From: a virus
DNA: 63,188 bases
Direction: 5' to 3' (one strand)
IMG/VR virus record: IMGVR_UViG_3300045988_166537
The notes under the pieces are model-generated. The model was not told the DNA's origin. It was given only the letters and a program-made list of their open reading frames with translations, and did not search any database. Positions 40,770 through 51,400 of the stretch are shown here, piece after piece. Position numbers and translations under genes: made by a program. Positions within the stretch are counted from its first letter, which is position 1; the number at the start of each line of letters is the position of its first letter.

Positions 40770-42230
40770 TTATGCTATTCTGATTGCCTGGATGTAACTG
40801 TTAATAGTGCGCAATGCCGCACCACTTGACTGTATTCCCTGAAGGTTGAGTTTTGTTGATGTTTTCAAGTTCGCAATATATGAGCACTGTACACTTGTTA
40901 CTCCTTTTGTTGTTCCGGCTATATTCATCTGCTGGCTCTCTCTGAAGTAGTCGGTAGATGATGTGGCAAATCGGGCACCCCTCTGTCCATTAGCGGCACT
41001 ATTAAACAGTACTGTACCATTAACAACGTATTTTCCTGCTGGCAACGTAACTGATGCGCCTGTATCTGTCCAAGTACCTGAGCTCATGGATTTTGCACCA
41101 ACGTTTTTTGTTATTACTTCACCTAAAACATTATCATTGTGGTACATCGTACCATCTCTATCAACTCGGAATGTCAGCTTACTGTTTTCATCCTGTATCC
41201 AAATAACTGGTTTACCATCTTCATCACAGAGTATTAACCCTGCTCCACCAGCGCCCATACTTAGTCCAGTTTTGCTGATTATTCGACTTGCATTTATTAC
41301 CCAATCGCCGATATTTGTGATCACATCGAACTTAGCCCCATCAGCGTTAATGTTTACTTTTTCTTCTGACTGAACCTTACCGTTATTGTCAACTGTACTG
41401 CTATATGCTGATATTCCTCTTTTGGCGAGAGCTATATAGGTCACAGGATAATTTACAGTTGTTCCGTTTATTTCAACAGAATCCCATTCCCCATATGTAT
41501 ACTGCTCACCGGTCGGTGTTATACCGTATCGCTCCCGAATTGGTGTTGCTGATTCTTCACCCATCACAAATGGGTCCCTAGATTTAACAAGAAAAAATGC
41601 CAAACCTTTTTGCATCAATGCAAGATTGGAACCTATGCATAATTCACTATACTCACTAATATCTTTCTTCAATGCACCATCGTATACCGTTTTTACAACA
41701 CCGACTCCTTGTACCAACCCTTCATCAGAAATATCCCAATTACCTATACAACCGCGTTTTGCTTTGATTGCCGCTCCCTCTATAGATCCAGTAGCCTTGA
41801 TGGTCTGTGCAAATAAGTCACTAACATCTATCTGAGCAGCCTTAATACTTCCGGTAGTAATCTTTGCGCCATCGATGGTTGTAGTGTTAGCAGTATAGAT
41901 ATTGTCAGATATGGCCTTTGCCGCATTCTGAGCATTGTTTGCTTTATTCCATGCTGACTTAGCCGCTTCGTAGCTGCTCGACTTCGATACATCTGAGTAA
42001 CTGAATGTCTTGCCATCGCTCATAATAGTCAGATCAACAAAATATAAGGTATTTGTAGAGCCATCCGTATAAGACGGCTCTGTCGTCTTCCAATTACCCC
42101 CAGGATTGATAGTTGTAGGTTTAGCCGGTGCTGTAGCTGTGGATGATTGAAGTAGATAATACCTTGTTACACTCTTGACATCCTTGACATTAAATATGGT
42201 TATTTCTGCCTTGGCTTTGATAGTAGCCAT
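40770..42230 (-). CDS. Tail fibre / receptor-binding protein (486 aa)
   Basis: It is the last structural gene. The N-terminus 'MATIKAKAEITIFNVKDV' is shared with 42243..43319. Confidence 0.6.
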   Translation of the reverse strand: MATIKAKAEITIFNVKDVKSVTRYYLLQSSTATAPAKPTTINPGGNWKTTEPSYTDGSTNTLYFVDLTIMSDGKTFSYSDVSKSSSYEAAKSAWNKANNAQNAAKAISDNIYTANTTTIDGAKITTGSIKAAQIDVSDLFAQTIKATGSIEGAAIKAKRGCIGNWDISDEGLVQGVGVVKTVYDGALKKDISEYSELCIGSNLALMQKGLAFFLVKSRDPFVMGEESATPIRERYGITPTGEQYTYGEWDSVEINGTTVNYPVTYIALAKRGISAYSSTVDNNGKVQSEEKVNINADGAKFDVITNIGDWVINASRIISKTGLSMGAGGAGLILCDEDGKPVIWIQDENSKLTFRVDRDGTMYHNDNVLGEVITKNVGAKSMSSGTWTDTGASVTLPAGKYVVNGTVLFNSAANGQRGARFATSSTDYFRESQQMNIAGTTKGVTSVQCSYIANLKTSTKLNLQGIQSSGAALRTINSYIQAIRIA

Positions 42231-42242
42231 AGAAACACCCCC

Positions 42243-43319
42243 TTACGCTTCAAGCTGACATGTGTAAGCCTGAGAGTTGTCCACAGCCCCAGCAGTAACC
42301 GTATACGTCTTTGATGTAGATACAAGTGTTGCCCCTTTATACCATTTTATTGTTCCAAGTCCAGATACAGTTCCATTATCAGCTATTGTCTGTTCGGTGC
42401 TTCCTTTAAATACATGTGCTGTAAGCACGGTAGAACCGGTATTATTTTTAAAGATAATGCCATTGCTTGATGTGATTGTTACAGTTATTGCGTCTGCTCC
42501 TGCATTACCTTGAGGTCCCCGTGGTCCTGTTGCTCCAGTATCCCCCTGTGGTCCTGTTGGACCTGTAGCTCCTTTATCGCCCTTAGCACCTGTTTCACCT
42601 TTAATTCTCGCCCATGTATATGAACTGACGGTTGCTGGGTCTGCCTGGTTATAATCAGTACATGTACCGATATACATTCCAACATCTTCACCTGAGTTTG
42701 ATGTGAATGTCTTGCCGCCATCATTTGAGTACTTTACATGGAAGTATGGGGTCTTGCCGTTTGCTCCCGCTGCACCAGGAGTACCATTTGTACCATCTTT
42801 TACTGTCTGGGTATGTGTGCCGTCTTTATCGGTGATGGTTATGGTTGTCACACCATTAGCTTTGGTAACTGATACAGTTGGGGATACCCCCTGAGGACCC
42901 TGTGGTCCGGTTGGGCCTGTAGCTCCTTTATCGCCCTTAGCACCTGTAGCTCCTGTCTTTGCTACTGCAAATGAGAACTTCTTGTTGATAGTTACACCGT
43001 CAACAACAACTGGGACAGTCGCTTCGCATGCGGTTGTCAGCTTTGCTGTCAGAGTAAACGTGATTGTAACTTTTGAAGTTCCACTGTTGCTTACCTCAGC
43101 CGTCACACCTGTTGGACATACGATTGCCTTAGCATCTACTGTAACAACGGAACACATGTTATTACCGCAATATGCTGCTGCATCTGTTGTGCATTTAGAA
43201 CCGGCCGCAGCTCCCTGCGTGTCCCCAAGAAATGTATACCCCTCGCTTGACAGCACAACGTTATATGCGTCTGACACATCAAGCACTGTAATCTGATCTG
43301 CTGCTTTTATTGTTGCCAT
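42243..43319 (-). CDS. Collagen-like tail fibre protein (358 aa)
   Basis: There are two G-X-Y tracts: 'GATGAKGDKGATGPTGPQGPQG' and 'GETGAKGDKGATGPTGPQGDTGATGPRGPQGNAG'. Confidence 0.7.
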   Translation of the reverse strand: MATIKAADQITVLDVSDAYNVVLSSEGYTFLGDTQGAAAGSKCTTDAAAYCGNNMCSVVTVDAKAIVCPTGVTAEVSNSGTSKVTITFTLTAKLTTACEATVPVVVDGVTINKKFSFAVAKTGATGAKGDKGATGPTGPQGPQGVSPTVSVTKANGVTTITITDKDGTHTQTVKDGTNGTPGAAGANGKTPYFHVKYSNDGGKTFTSNSGEDVGMYIGTCTDYNQADPATVSSYTWARIKGETGAKGDKGATGPTGPQGDTGATGPRGPQGNAGADAITVTITSSNGIIFKNNTGSTVLTAHVFKGSTEQTIADNGTVSGLGTIKWYKGATLVSTSKTYTVTAGAVDNSQAYTCQLEA

Positions 43320-43337
43320 AGATTATTTTCCTCCTCA

Positions 43338-44804
43338 TTAATCTGTTATTAATTCACACATGAAAGTCACCTTTGTATCTACATCATCCGGTGTGAGTAC
43401 AAAAGAAAAACCACCATTTTCTATTCGAGAGTCGGTGGATAATATGATTCCATATGTTTCTTCTTCAAGCCTCTGCCATTTCCACTGAATATATGCAGAG
43501 TTTCCATATACCTCGTGTAATCTGTCTATATCGGTTATCCTATCTTTTCCATGATATATGACAACCGATAACACCGTGGATACTGCATTATTCTTAAACA
43601 CGATACCTCTTGATGATTCTATTCTCAGGAGTGTGGTTATCTCATCTCTGACATTATCAACATCCTGTTTTATGTCGCTTATAACGTTTTCTATATTCTG
43701 CTTGCCAAGGGTGAATTTATCTGCCGATATAGCAAGATGGGATTCCCCCTTATTATCCACATAGAACATTATGAAATTGTCAGAATCACCAACGTTTATC
43801 TGACCATCGCTTCCGAGATATGTTCCCCGGGAGATATTACTCATACTCTCCTTTGTGCCAGAGTATAAACCGCCATCCACTATGTGCCAGCCGCCTATTG
43901 TTGCTCCAAATGCTACAAGATCGTCAACGGCTATCTTAGTTGCTGTGATAGACTTGGCTCTGATCACACCGCCATCAAGGCTATTGTAATCCGTCTGCTC
44001 TTTCTCTACTGTGTTACCATCGGTATTCAGCTTGTAATACAGGCCATCTTCTCCTTTGATAACCAGCTTATCTGCTATGACTGTACCACCCTTGATACTG
44101 TCACCAAGGATAGTTACACCAACCAATGTGCCGGTTATCTGCTGATCGCCAACCACGACATTTTCTATCAAACCGCTTTTTGCAAAGAACTGCTCCAGAG
44201 CTGCCTTACCAATATTGGCAAAATCTATCTGTGCATACTTTATATCAGCCAGTTTTGCATCAAGCTTCCCGGTTTGAAGTTCTTCTATGGTTGCATCATT
44301 AGCAGTGAGTTTCTCATGTATGCTGACATTGTCCACTTCAAGTTCCTTGATGCTAGCATTATTAGCTGTAAGTTTCTCATTTATAGTGACATTATCTGCT
44401 TTGAGATCTTTTATATCGGCTTCTGTAACTGCCAATTTACCGGATATCTCTACGTTATCAGACTTGAGATTCTCTATATCTGCATTTATTGCCTTGAGAT
44501 CGCCAATATTCGCCTTATCAGCAACAACTTCAGTAAGTGCTTTAACGTCATCGCTTCGAGCTGATGGTGAAGATATATTGCCCATTATTGTTGCTGTATG
44601 ATCCTTAACAAGAACCATTACCCGCTCAAGACTGTGCACATCTGCCATAGATGTAACCGGGGTGAGTATCTCGGAACCATCAAGTCGTACATATGGGGTA
44701 CCGTTCTGCATCACTACCGTGCCGTACATGGTCGTCCCATCCTGCGTTTTTGTATCCTTGGTTGCCTTAACAAATTTAGATACAAGATCCGCCGATAATT
44801 GCAT
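43338..44804 (-). CDS. Tail fibre / baseplate protein with a repeated coiled-coil stalk (488 aa)
   Basis: A periodicity of about 21 aa is visible in 'ADIENLKSDNVEISGKLAVTEADIKDLKADNVTINEKLTANNASIKELEVDNVSIHEKLTANDATIEEL'. Confidence 0.6.
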   Translation of the reverse strand: MQLSADLVSKFVKATKDTKTQDGTTMYGTVVMQNGTPYVRLDGSEILTPVTSMADVHSLERVMVLVKDHTATIMGNISSPSARSDDVKALTEVVADKANIGDLKAINADIENLKSDNVEISGKLAVTEADIKDLKADNVTINEKLTANNASIKELEVDNVSIHEKLTANDATIEELQTGKLDAKLADIKYAQIDFANIGKAALEQFFAKSGLIENVVVGDQQITGTLVGVTILGDSIKGGTVIADKLVIKGEDGLYYKLNTDGNTVEKEQTDYNSLDGGVIRAKSITATKIAVDDLVAFGATIGGWHIVDGGLYSGTKESMSNISRGTYLGSDGQINVGDSDNFIMFYVDNKGESHLAISADKFTLGKQNIENVISDIKQDVDNVRDEITTLLRIESSRGIVFKNNAVSTVLSVVIYHGKDRITDIDRLHEVYGNSAYIQWKWQRLEEETYGIILSTDSRIENGGFSFVLTPDDVDTKVTFMCELITD

Positions 44805-44810
44805 GACTCA

Positions 44811-45872
44811 TCACCCCCATAAACTATTTGTATATATTGCCTTTTCTGTGACAACGCATCCTGTTGTACACTTGATAGACTGACTTATGATTTTTGCTTT
44901 CTGATTGAGTATCCCTGCCCTTTCATAATTAAGCAGAACACAATCCCCAACCCGAACTGGATAATACCCATGGGAATAACTCACAGTATATTCTAGTGTA
45001 GACAGTGTTTTTAACAACTGCCTTGCATATTCGTCAATCTGTGCTTTTGTTGGATTCCCTGTAAGCGACGGATTCGTCACTCTGCGAATTATTTCCCGCC
45101 CACGATTCACTGTAGATATCGGGCTATTCGGGTCGTTGTTGACCACTCTTGTCTGATATGTGAGATTGTTTCCTGAATACAGTATCTCCACAACATTTGG
45201 TATCCCATAAAGGTCCCTGCTGATGGTTATACTTGGTAAAAGTATAGAACTGTTGCTATCGTCGAAAATAACAACCGGTTGTAATGCTGTAACCTCCTGC
45301 ACTGGCCTAAAACATATCTGTCCCAGATCGTCAAGTTCGTACTCGTACTTCGCATTACTGCTCAGATCTTTCAGGAACGTTAGCCAGTTGTCGTCCGTAT
45401 TAGAAACAAAATCCACTTCCAATTTCTTATTGTCTGTGCACTCTATCACCGGCGCCCTCGCATGTGACTTGGTTAGTGAGCACACATTGTCCATTATCGG
45501 TTCACCCTTCCGTATAGAAAAGCCAAGTGGAGGCGGATTTTCTTTCAACTCGATAAGCGGTGTATATGCATCTACAGATACGCTTTTTGCCTTACCATCA
45601 AACTCTTCTGATGGCGTCTGAACCATATGCGTCCCCAATGGAAACCGTTCACGTATCCCATTTTGAATTGTGACGAGGTATGTCCTTATGTAACATTCCC
45701 CAATACTCTCTGATAAATCAAAAGACGCTGAGCCAAGTGTATCAGCATCAGCGTCCCTCGATATTGTTGCACCCATCTTCACGTTCATAAGCCGTTCGGT
45801 ATCCCGCCATGTCGCAGGATCGACAATGTAGTATTCGTATGTCTGCTGCATTGGTTTTGTCCAATCAGGCAT
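44811..45872 (-). CDS. Tail-associated (Tal-like) baseplate protein (353 aa)
   Basis: It follows the Dit-like gene after the tape measure. The call rests on synteny. Confidence 0.5.
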   Translation of the reverse strand: MPDWTKPMQQTYEYYIVDPATWRDTERLMNVKMGATISRDADADTLGSASFDLSESIGECYIRTYLVTIQNGIRERFPLGTHMVQTPSEEFDGKAKSVSVDAYTPLIELKENPPPLGFSIRKGEPIMDNVCSLTKSHARAPVIECTDNKKLEVDFVSNTDDNWLTFLKDLSSNAKYEYELDDLGQICFRPVQEVTALQPVVIFDDSNSSILLPSITISRDLYGIPNVVEILYSGNNLTYQTRVVNNDPNSPISTVNRGREIIRRVTNPSLTGNPTKAQIDEYARQLLKTLSTLEYTVSYSHGYYPVRVGDCVLLNYERAGILNQKAKIISQSIKCTTGCVVTEKAIYTNSLWG

Positions 45873-45873
45873 A

Positions 45874-48495
45874 TCACTTACCCCCTTCGACTCGTGTTAC
45901 ACTGAACTGTACCGGTGTAGTTAACTCGCAATGTGTCTGGCTGTAGGATACAGAAATGCTTGCCCAGTAACCTGTACCGGACGGTTCTCTTACATATACG
46001 TCGTTAAGCCATCTTGTAAGCTCCCGGATCATTGAAAGCGTATCTTTATCATTGTGCGGTATGACTACATTCCAGTTCGATGTATGCCCTATCTGTGTTC
46101 CGTAATAGCTGACAGGATGCTCTCTACCAGCATATTCAAGTAACTCTGTATCTGGATTAAAGCTATCTGAGATGTCAATATTATAAGGAAGTCTGAGCAT
46201 CTTGCATGTCCATGCAGGTTCCTCCAAAGCATCCCCATCTCCACCCGAAGCATCATATGATCCCCACTGTTCATCCCACTGGATTATTACAGCAGTTTCT
46301 CCGACATCTTCTGCTACATCTGCATAACTGACTACCCCCGTGTTCTGATCTATTGCAATTATCCTATAACTTGCCGTGTCAAGAGCCGGATGCTGGTCTG
46401 GCACTGAAATACCCATTGTATTTGCTACGCCTGTTTCTATTTCTGTAAAGGTGCCGTCAAACTCTCTTCTGTACACTGATAGCAATACATCGACTGCAAG
46501 TTCTTCGTTCTCATCAACGCACCATGGACTGATAATTGCTGTGAGTGTTTCTGGGTCGATTACTATTGACGCATCTGGGGATAACTTGTTTTCTTCCCAT
46601 TCCACAGTCATTTCTATGGTATCTGTCGCAGTAAGCCCAGAATCTAATGCTACAACACAGTTGATCGTATAAGTATGACCACTTTCAAAATCTATGTTGT
46701 TAGCGCTCAGTGTAATGGCAGTTCTGTTGTCGTCATATTCTACACCGTCCTTGGATGTCTGCGGAGTTCCACTGTAATACTTATTGAATATCACATCCCC
46801 TGCATATACCGTTTTGAAGTTACCCAAGTTGTCCATTGTCTGGTATGTATCATTTGATGATATTGTCACACTCGCACTTATGAGTTTCTGTGTATCAGGC
46901 TGAGTTGTACATTCAAGTACTATTGGGAACGATGTGATCTCAGTGATTGGTTCATTATTTTTATTACTTAACGTAAGCTGTACTGTTGGCTGTGCATACA
47001 CTTTCACTTCTCTGGTTATTGACCAGTCGCCGTATTCTCCGGTAACACCTGCTGTTCGGATTGACCATTTTATCACTGTGTCTTTCGTATAGTTCTTTGT
47101 ATCTATAGTATAAACACTGTTTGTATCGTCCTTGCCAATATATTTGTCCAAGTTTATTGTCGGCTGTGATACACCATCGATACTCAAATTAAGCTGCGCA
47201 TGTGACTGGTCTGACCCATCCTCTGAATTCTGAACCCAATAAAGTAAGATCTTCTCGCCTATACCTAACACAGTCTTATTTGACCATGTTGTTGGGGCAG
47301 ATGGTTTGGTTCCTAGAGCAACTGTATATGTTCCCGTCGTCCAGTTTGATGAGCCGGCACTATTAGTTACTCTGACTCTGAAATAATACCTTGTTCCTGT
47401 TGTAAGCCCTGTTATCTCGGCATGATTTACATTTGCATCAACGGATGTAGAACTTACCGCATTAGAACTGTCAAAGTACTCTTTCTTTTCAGTGTATTCT
47501 ATTTCATATTTCTCGGCCTGTGCGACCTTGTCCCAGCTTATGTATGCTGATGTTTCTGTAAGAGCTTTTACACTCGTGATCTTTTTTATCTTACCTGGTG
47601 CAGACTTTATATCATATGTCCATTCGCCCCATTCACCGGTTATACTTGTCTTCGAGCTCACTACATTGATGGCTCTACATCTTACATCATAGCTACAGCC
47701 AGCATCCACAGTGATCGTTATTGATGCCTTGGATGCTTTTACCTCTGCTGTAACTATCTTTGCTTTTTTCTTATCTTTGAGTATATAGAATGACACTTTA
47801 TCACACTTAGAATCTGTGATGTTGTCGATGCTTGCTGTGAGCTTGTACTGGTCTATGGATACCGTAGGTGCCCCTAGAGTCTCCGGGTTGTTTACTCCCT
47901 CGACGCTTCGTATAACCGATACAGCATCCCCAGTCCAGTAACTCTTAGTTACCTGTTTTGTGGTCTTTCCAGATTTTACATTTTCCTTATACGTTTTAGA
48001 CACCGGTTTGACCACACATTTCATTCTTATGGCATTACTTGGAGGGGTGTATGTGGCGTTCTTGACTTTGACATCCGATGCACCGCCATCAAACCACACA
48101 CCATCTCCACTACTGTAATACCAATGCACACTGTAATGGTCAGTATTTGCAATGGGTATCAGTGCTTTCTTTCCATTATCAGCATTCTTGAGGTGTTTCA
48201 TAGACACCGTACTATTCAGGTTCTTTGTACCTGATTTATTCTTGCCTAACCTCGCATTGTTACCTTTTATATCGGCAACCTTCCACGTATCATTCTTCAC
48301 ATCTGAACTGACCTTAACACCATTGGTGAACTGCACGATCTCCGACTCGAGATAATCAAAAGATACAACAGAACCCACGAGAACATATTTGGACTTGGTA
48401 TAAACCTTAGGCTCTGCAAACTCCCATGTAGCAAAATATGTATTATCGGTTCCAGTCTGTTTGGTAACCTTGAGGTTTGTGACTTTCTTACCCAT
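45874..48495 (-). CDS. Distal tail protein (Dit-like C-terminus) with fibronectin type III insertions (873 aa)
   Basis: The FN3 signature reads 'SAYISWDKVAQAEKYEIEY...GLTTGTRYYFRVRVTNSAGSS'. It lies immediately downstream of the tape measure. Confidence 0.6.
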   Translation of the reverse strand: MGKKVTNLKVTKQTGTDNTYFATWEFAEPKVYTKSKYVLVGSVVSFDYLESEIVQFTNGVKVSSDVKNDTWKVADIKGNNARLGKNKSGTKNLNSTVSMKHLKNADNGKKALIPIANTDHYSVHWYYSSGDGVWFDGGASDVKVKNATYTPPSNAIRMKCVVKPVSKTYKENVKSGKTTKQVTKSYWTGDAVSVIRSVEGVNNPETLGAPTVSIDQYKLTASIDNITDSKCDKVSFYILKDKKKAKIVTAEVKASKASITITVDAGCSYDVRCRAINVVSSKTSITGEWGEWTYDIKSAPGKIKKITSVKALTETSAYISWDKVAQAEKYEIEYTEKKEYFDSSNAVSSTSVDANVNHAEITGLTTGTRYYFRVRVTNSAGSSNWTTGTYTVALGTKPSAPTTWSNKTVLGIGEKILLYWVQNSEDGSDQSHAQLNLSIDGVSQPTINLDKYIGKDDTNSVYTIDTKNYTKDTVIKWSIRTAGVTGEYGDWSITREVKVYAQPTVQLTLSNKNNEPITEITSFPIVLECTTQPDTQKLISASVTISSNDTYQTMDNLGNFKTVYAGDVIFNKYYSGTPQTSKDGVEYDDNRTAITLSANNIDFESGHTYTINCVVALDSGLTATDTIEMTVEWEENKLSPDASIVIDPETLTAIISPWCVDENEELAVDVLLSVYRREFDGTFTEIETGVANTMGISVPDQHPALDTASYRIIAIDQNTGVVSYADVAEDVGETAVIIQWDEQWGSYDASGGDGDALEEPAWTCKMLRLPYNIDISDSFNPDTELLEYAGREHPVSYYGTQIGHTSNWNVVIPHNDKDTLSMIRELTRWLNDVYVREPSGTGYWASISVSYSQTHCELTTPVQFSVTRVEGGK

Positions 48496-48497
48496 GC

Positions 48498-51400
48498 TTA
48501 TGCCCTCCTCTCCACTACAGCTGCTCGTACTAACTGTTCGACAACAGATGCGATATTGCTTCCGTCGTCATAAGTTATTCCGTTCACGTTATATGTATTT
48601 CCTGGAGTCTGATTTATGTTCTTTGCCAATCGGTCAATAGCGTCTATAACATCAGAATTTACATTTTGATTATTTCTTCGATTGGCTATCATATCTATTG
48701 TTCCTGAACCGACACCTGTAAACATCAGTGGGTTTCTGTTGAGCATACTGTTGATAGCATCCATACTGCTTGTCACATTACCCATATCAACCACTGGTGT
48801 TATTGTTGGCTCGTAATCAAGGTCGAGATTCAGCGCATCTGAAATCATTGACATTACCGTTCCGGCCTTGTCTATGACAGTATTGGATATATTACTTATA
48901 GCACTATACACAGACTGTCCACCTCGTATAACACCATTTGCCATACCTTCTGGAAGATACTGTCCAAGCCTGTCAAACACCTTTGAAGGTGAGTGAATCT
49001 GTAATACAATTCTTGCAATCTGTGGTAACCGGTTAGCCATTCTACGAACAGCCTTAACTGCTTTATCGGCATTGTCATCGATTCCCAGTGCCATACCTTC
49101 CATAAGATAACCACCAACTTTGTAGAAGTTATCTTTGTAATCGGCGACTTTATTGACACTGTCGTCTGCAACTGTTCCTGCTGCTGATGCTACTTCCCCA
49201 GATTTATTACTGATTCCTTTCTTGAATACAATCATCGCTGAACTACCAGCATTCTCCCACTTCTGCTTTCTGCCATTTACTTTGTTTATCATATTGTCAA
49301 TAAATGTGGTTATGACAGAGGAAGCCTTATCTCCTGCATCACCGAAAGCGTTCACAAAGTTATCCAGACTGATCGTACCTATATCATTGAGACTTGCTGT
49401 GAACTGAGAAAGTCCATCCGCGTCAAATGTTGTCATCTTTTCTACGAAGGAATATAGAGTACTTATTTCATCTGTCACTGTTCCTAGCTGGTCAGTATCT
49501 ACACCTGAAATATTAGCTGAATAATTGTTAAGATGTGAACCCCATGTTTCGAGAGCACTTCCAAGAGAATCAAGACAATCAAATGAATCGTCATTCAATC
49601 CAGAAATCTGTTTCTGAAGATTTACCATCATCTGTCCAGCATTGTCAGCGGCATTTACTGCATCGTCACTGATTTTTCCGCTTACACTATTAGAGAAACC
49701 AACCAACGCATTGCCAAATGATACAATGTTTTCGCCAAATGAACCTAAACTGTTACTATCTACAAACCAATCCACGATTCCACCACTTGTTGGCACGGTG
49801 TTGTTAAGTGACACCATCATGTCACCAATTCGCTTTGCATTATCGACTGCGTCTTTGTCCAGCGACCCCTTATCTGTCTTACCTGCTACTATGTTACTGA
49901 AATCAACAAGAGCACCGCCGAAGTCCTTGAGATTAGCACCAAATGTACTGAGGTTTTTCTCACCGATAAAACACTGCCATACTCCGCCTTGTGCAGGTAT
50001 CTTATCATTCAACGCGGCCATGATCTCACCGCACTTTGCAGCATTGTCTACCGCGTCTTTGTCAACTCCACCATTTTGAACTATGGTGTTTGAGAATGCG
50101 ACTATAGCATTTCCAAAAGCTGTGATACCATCAGAGAATGCACTCATGTCCTTTTCACCCATGATTTTCTGCGCCCATCCACCAGAACGCGGTATAGACT
50201 TCTGGAGTTCTGCCAGCACCTTTCCGGCATTTGCTGCTACGGTTACCGAATCGCCATCCACTTTCCCCTTTGTCGCATTTGAGAATGCCACTACAGCATC
50301 GCCATAAGCGGCTAAATCTAGGGCAAGCTGATCGTAGTCAACTCCACCCCCAAGGAACTTTGCAAGGCTATCCAACAAACTGGCTGCTGTGAGCAACAGA
50401 AGTGTCTCTGCCAGCGCCTTAGCACCTTCCATGGCTGTTGGCTCTATAGTTGAAAGTCCGTCTATGAATGGGGCAAGATTCGTTATAAAATCAGACAGAT
50501 TTGTAGCTATGTTTGGTAAATGATCGGTAGCATACTCAGCAAAAGTGCCAATTAATGCCCCAAGGAACCCGCCTATAGCATTCCCTACCATCGGCAATAT
50601 TTCAGCACCTTCTGATAGCAGCCATTTAAGCCCTGGTAATTGTGCCAATGCTCCTATTGCAGATATTACTAATGTAAGTTCAGCAATAACCACCCCTACT
50701 GCTACAACTCCAACCATTGCTGCCGGAGCTAATAATGCACAAGCCGCCAATGCCACCATCAAAGCAGTTAATAAGCCAATGCCGGCAATACCATTGATAA
50801 GGGTTTCTGTGTCTATTGTTTTCAACGCATCAATAACACTCTGGAATAATGATGCAAAGAAATTTACAACTGATGTAACCAATTCAGGAATATGCTCAGA
50901 TAGTGTATCAAGGATTTTTACAAGAAGTGATATCACTAATGAAACTATTTGCGGCGCATATTCTATCAACGTATTCAATCCAGCGACTATTAATTTGTAA
51001 AAACATTCCGCTATTGCTACGGCACAATCACCTATTCCGGCCAGTATATCAGGAATCAGCGATGTTAAACCCGAAACAAACACAGAAATAGCCCCTATCG
51101 CAGCAGTTGCTTGGGTTGCCCCTGTAACTGCCAATGTACTAATCGATGTTGCCACTAACAGTAATCCTGCGGCGCACGCTATAGCACCAACCCCGATCAA
51201 TGTCAATGACGCACCTAATAATAGTAATCCTGGTACTACTGGTGCTATAAGTAACCCAGTAACCCCAAGTACCGTAAACACACCAGCTAACATCAGAAGA
51301 CTTTTTCCTATTTCTGTGAGTTTCATATCACCAAAAGCCTTGACCACTGGGCATAAAATGGCTAGAGCTGCTGATGCCACCAATAATGCTGCTGAGCCGC

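Noticed and set aside
42243-43319. Diversity-generating retroelement (template/variable repeat pair) in the fibre gene
   Set aside because: There is no reverse transcriptase anywhere in the genome. The two similar segments are in-frame collagen G-X-Y tracts and do not differ mainly at adenines.
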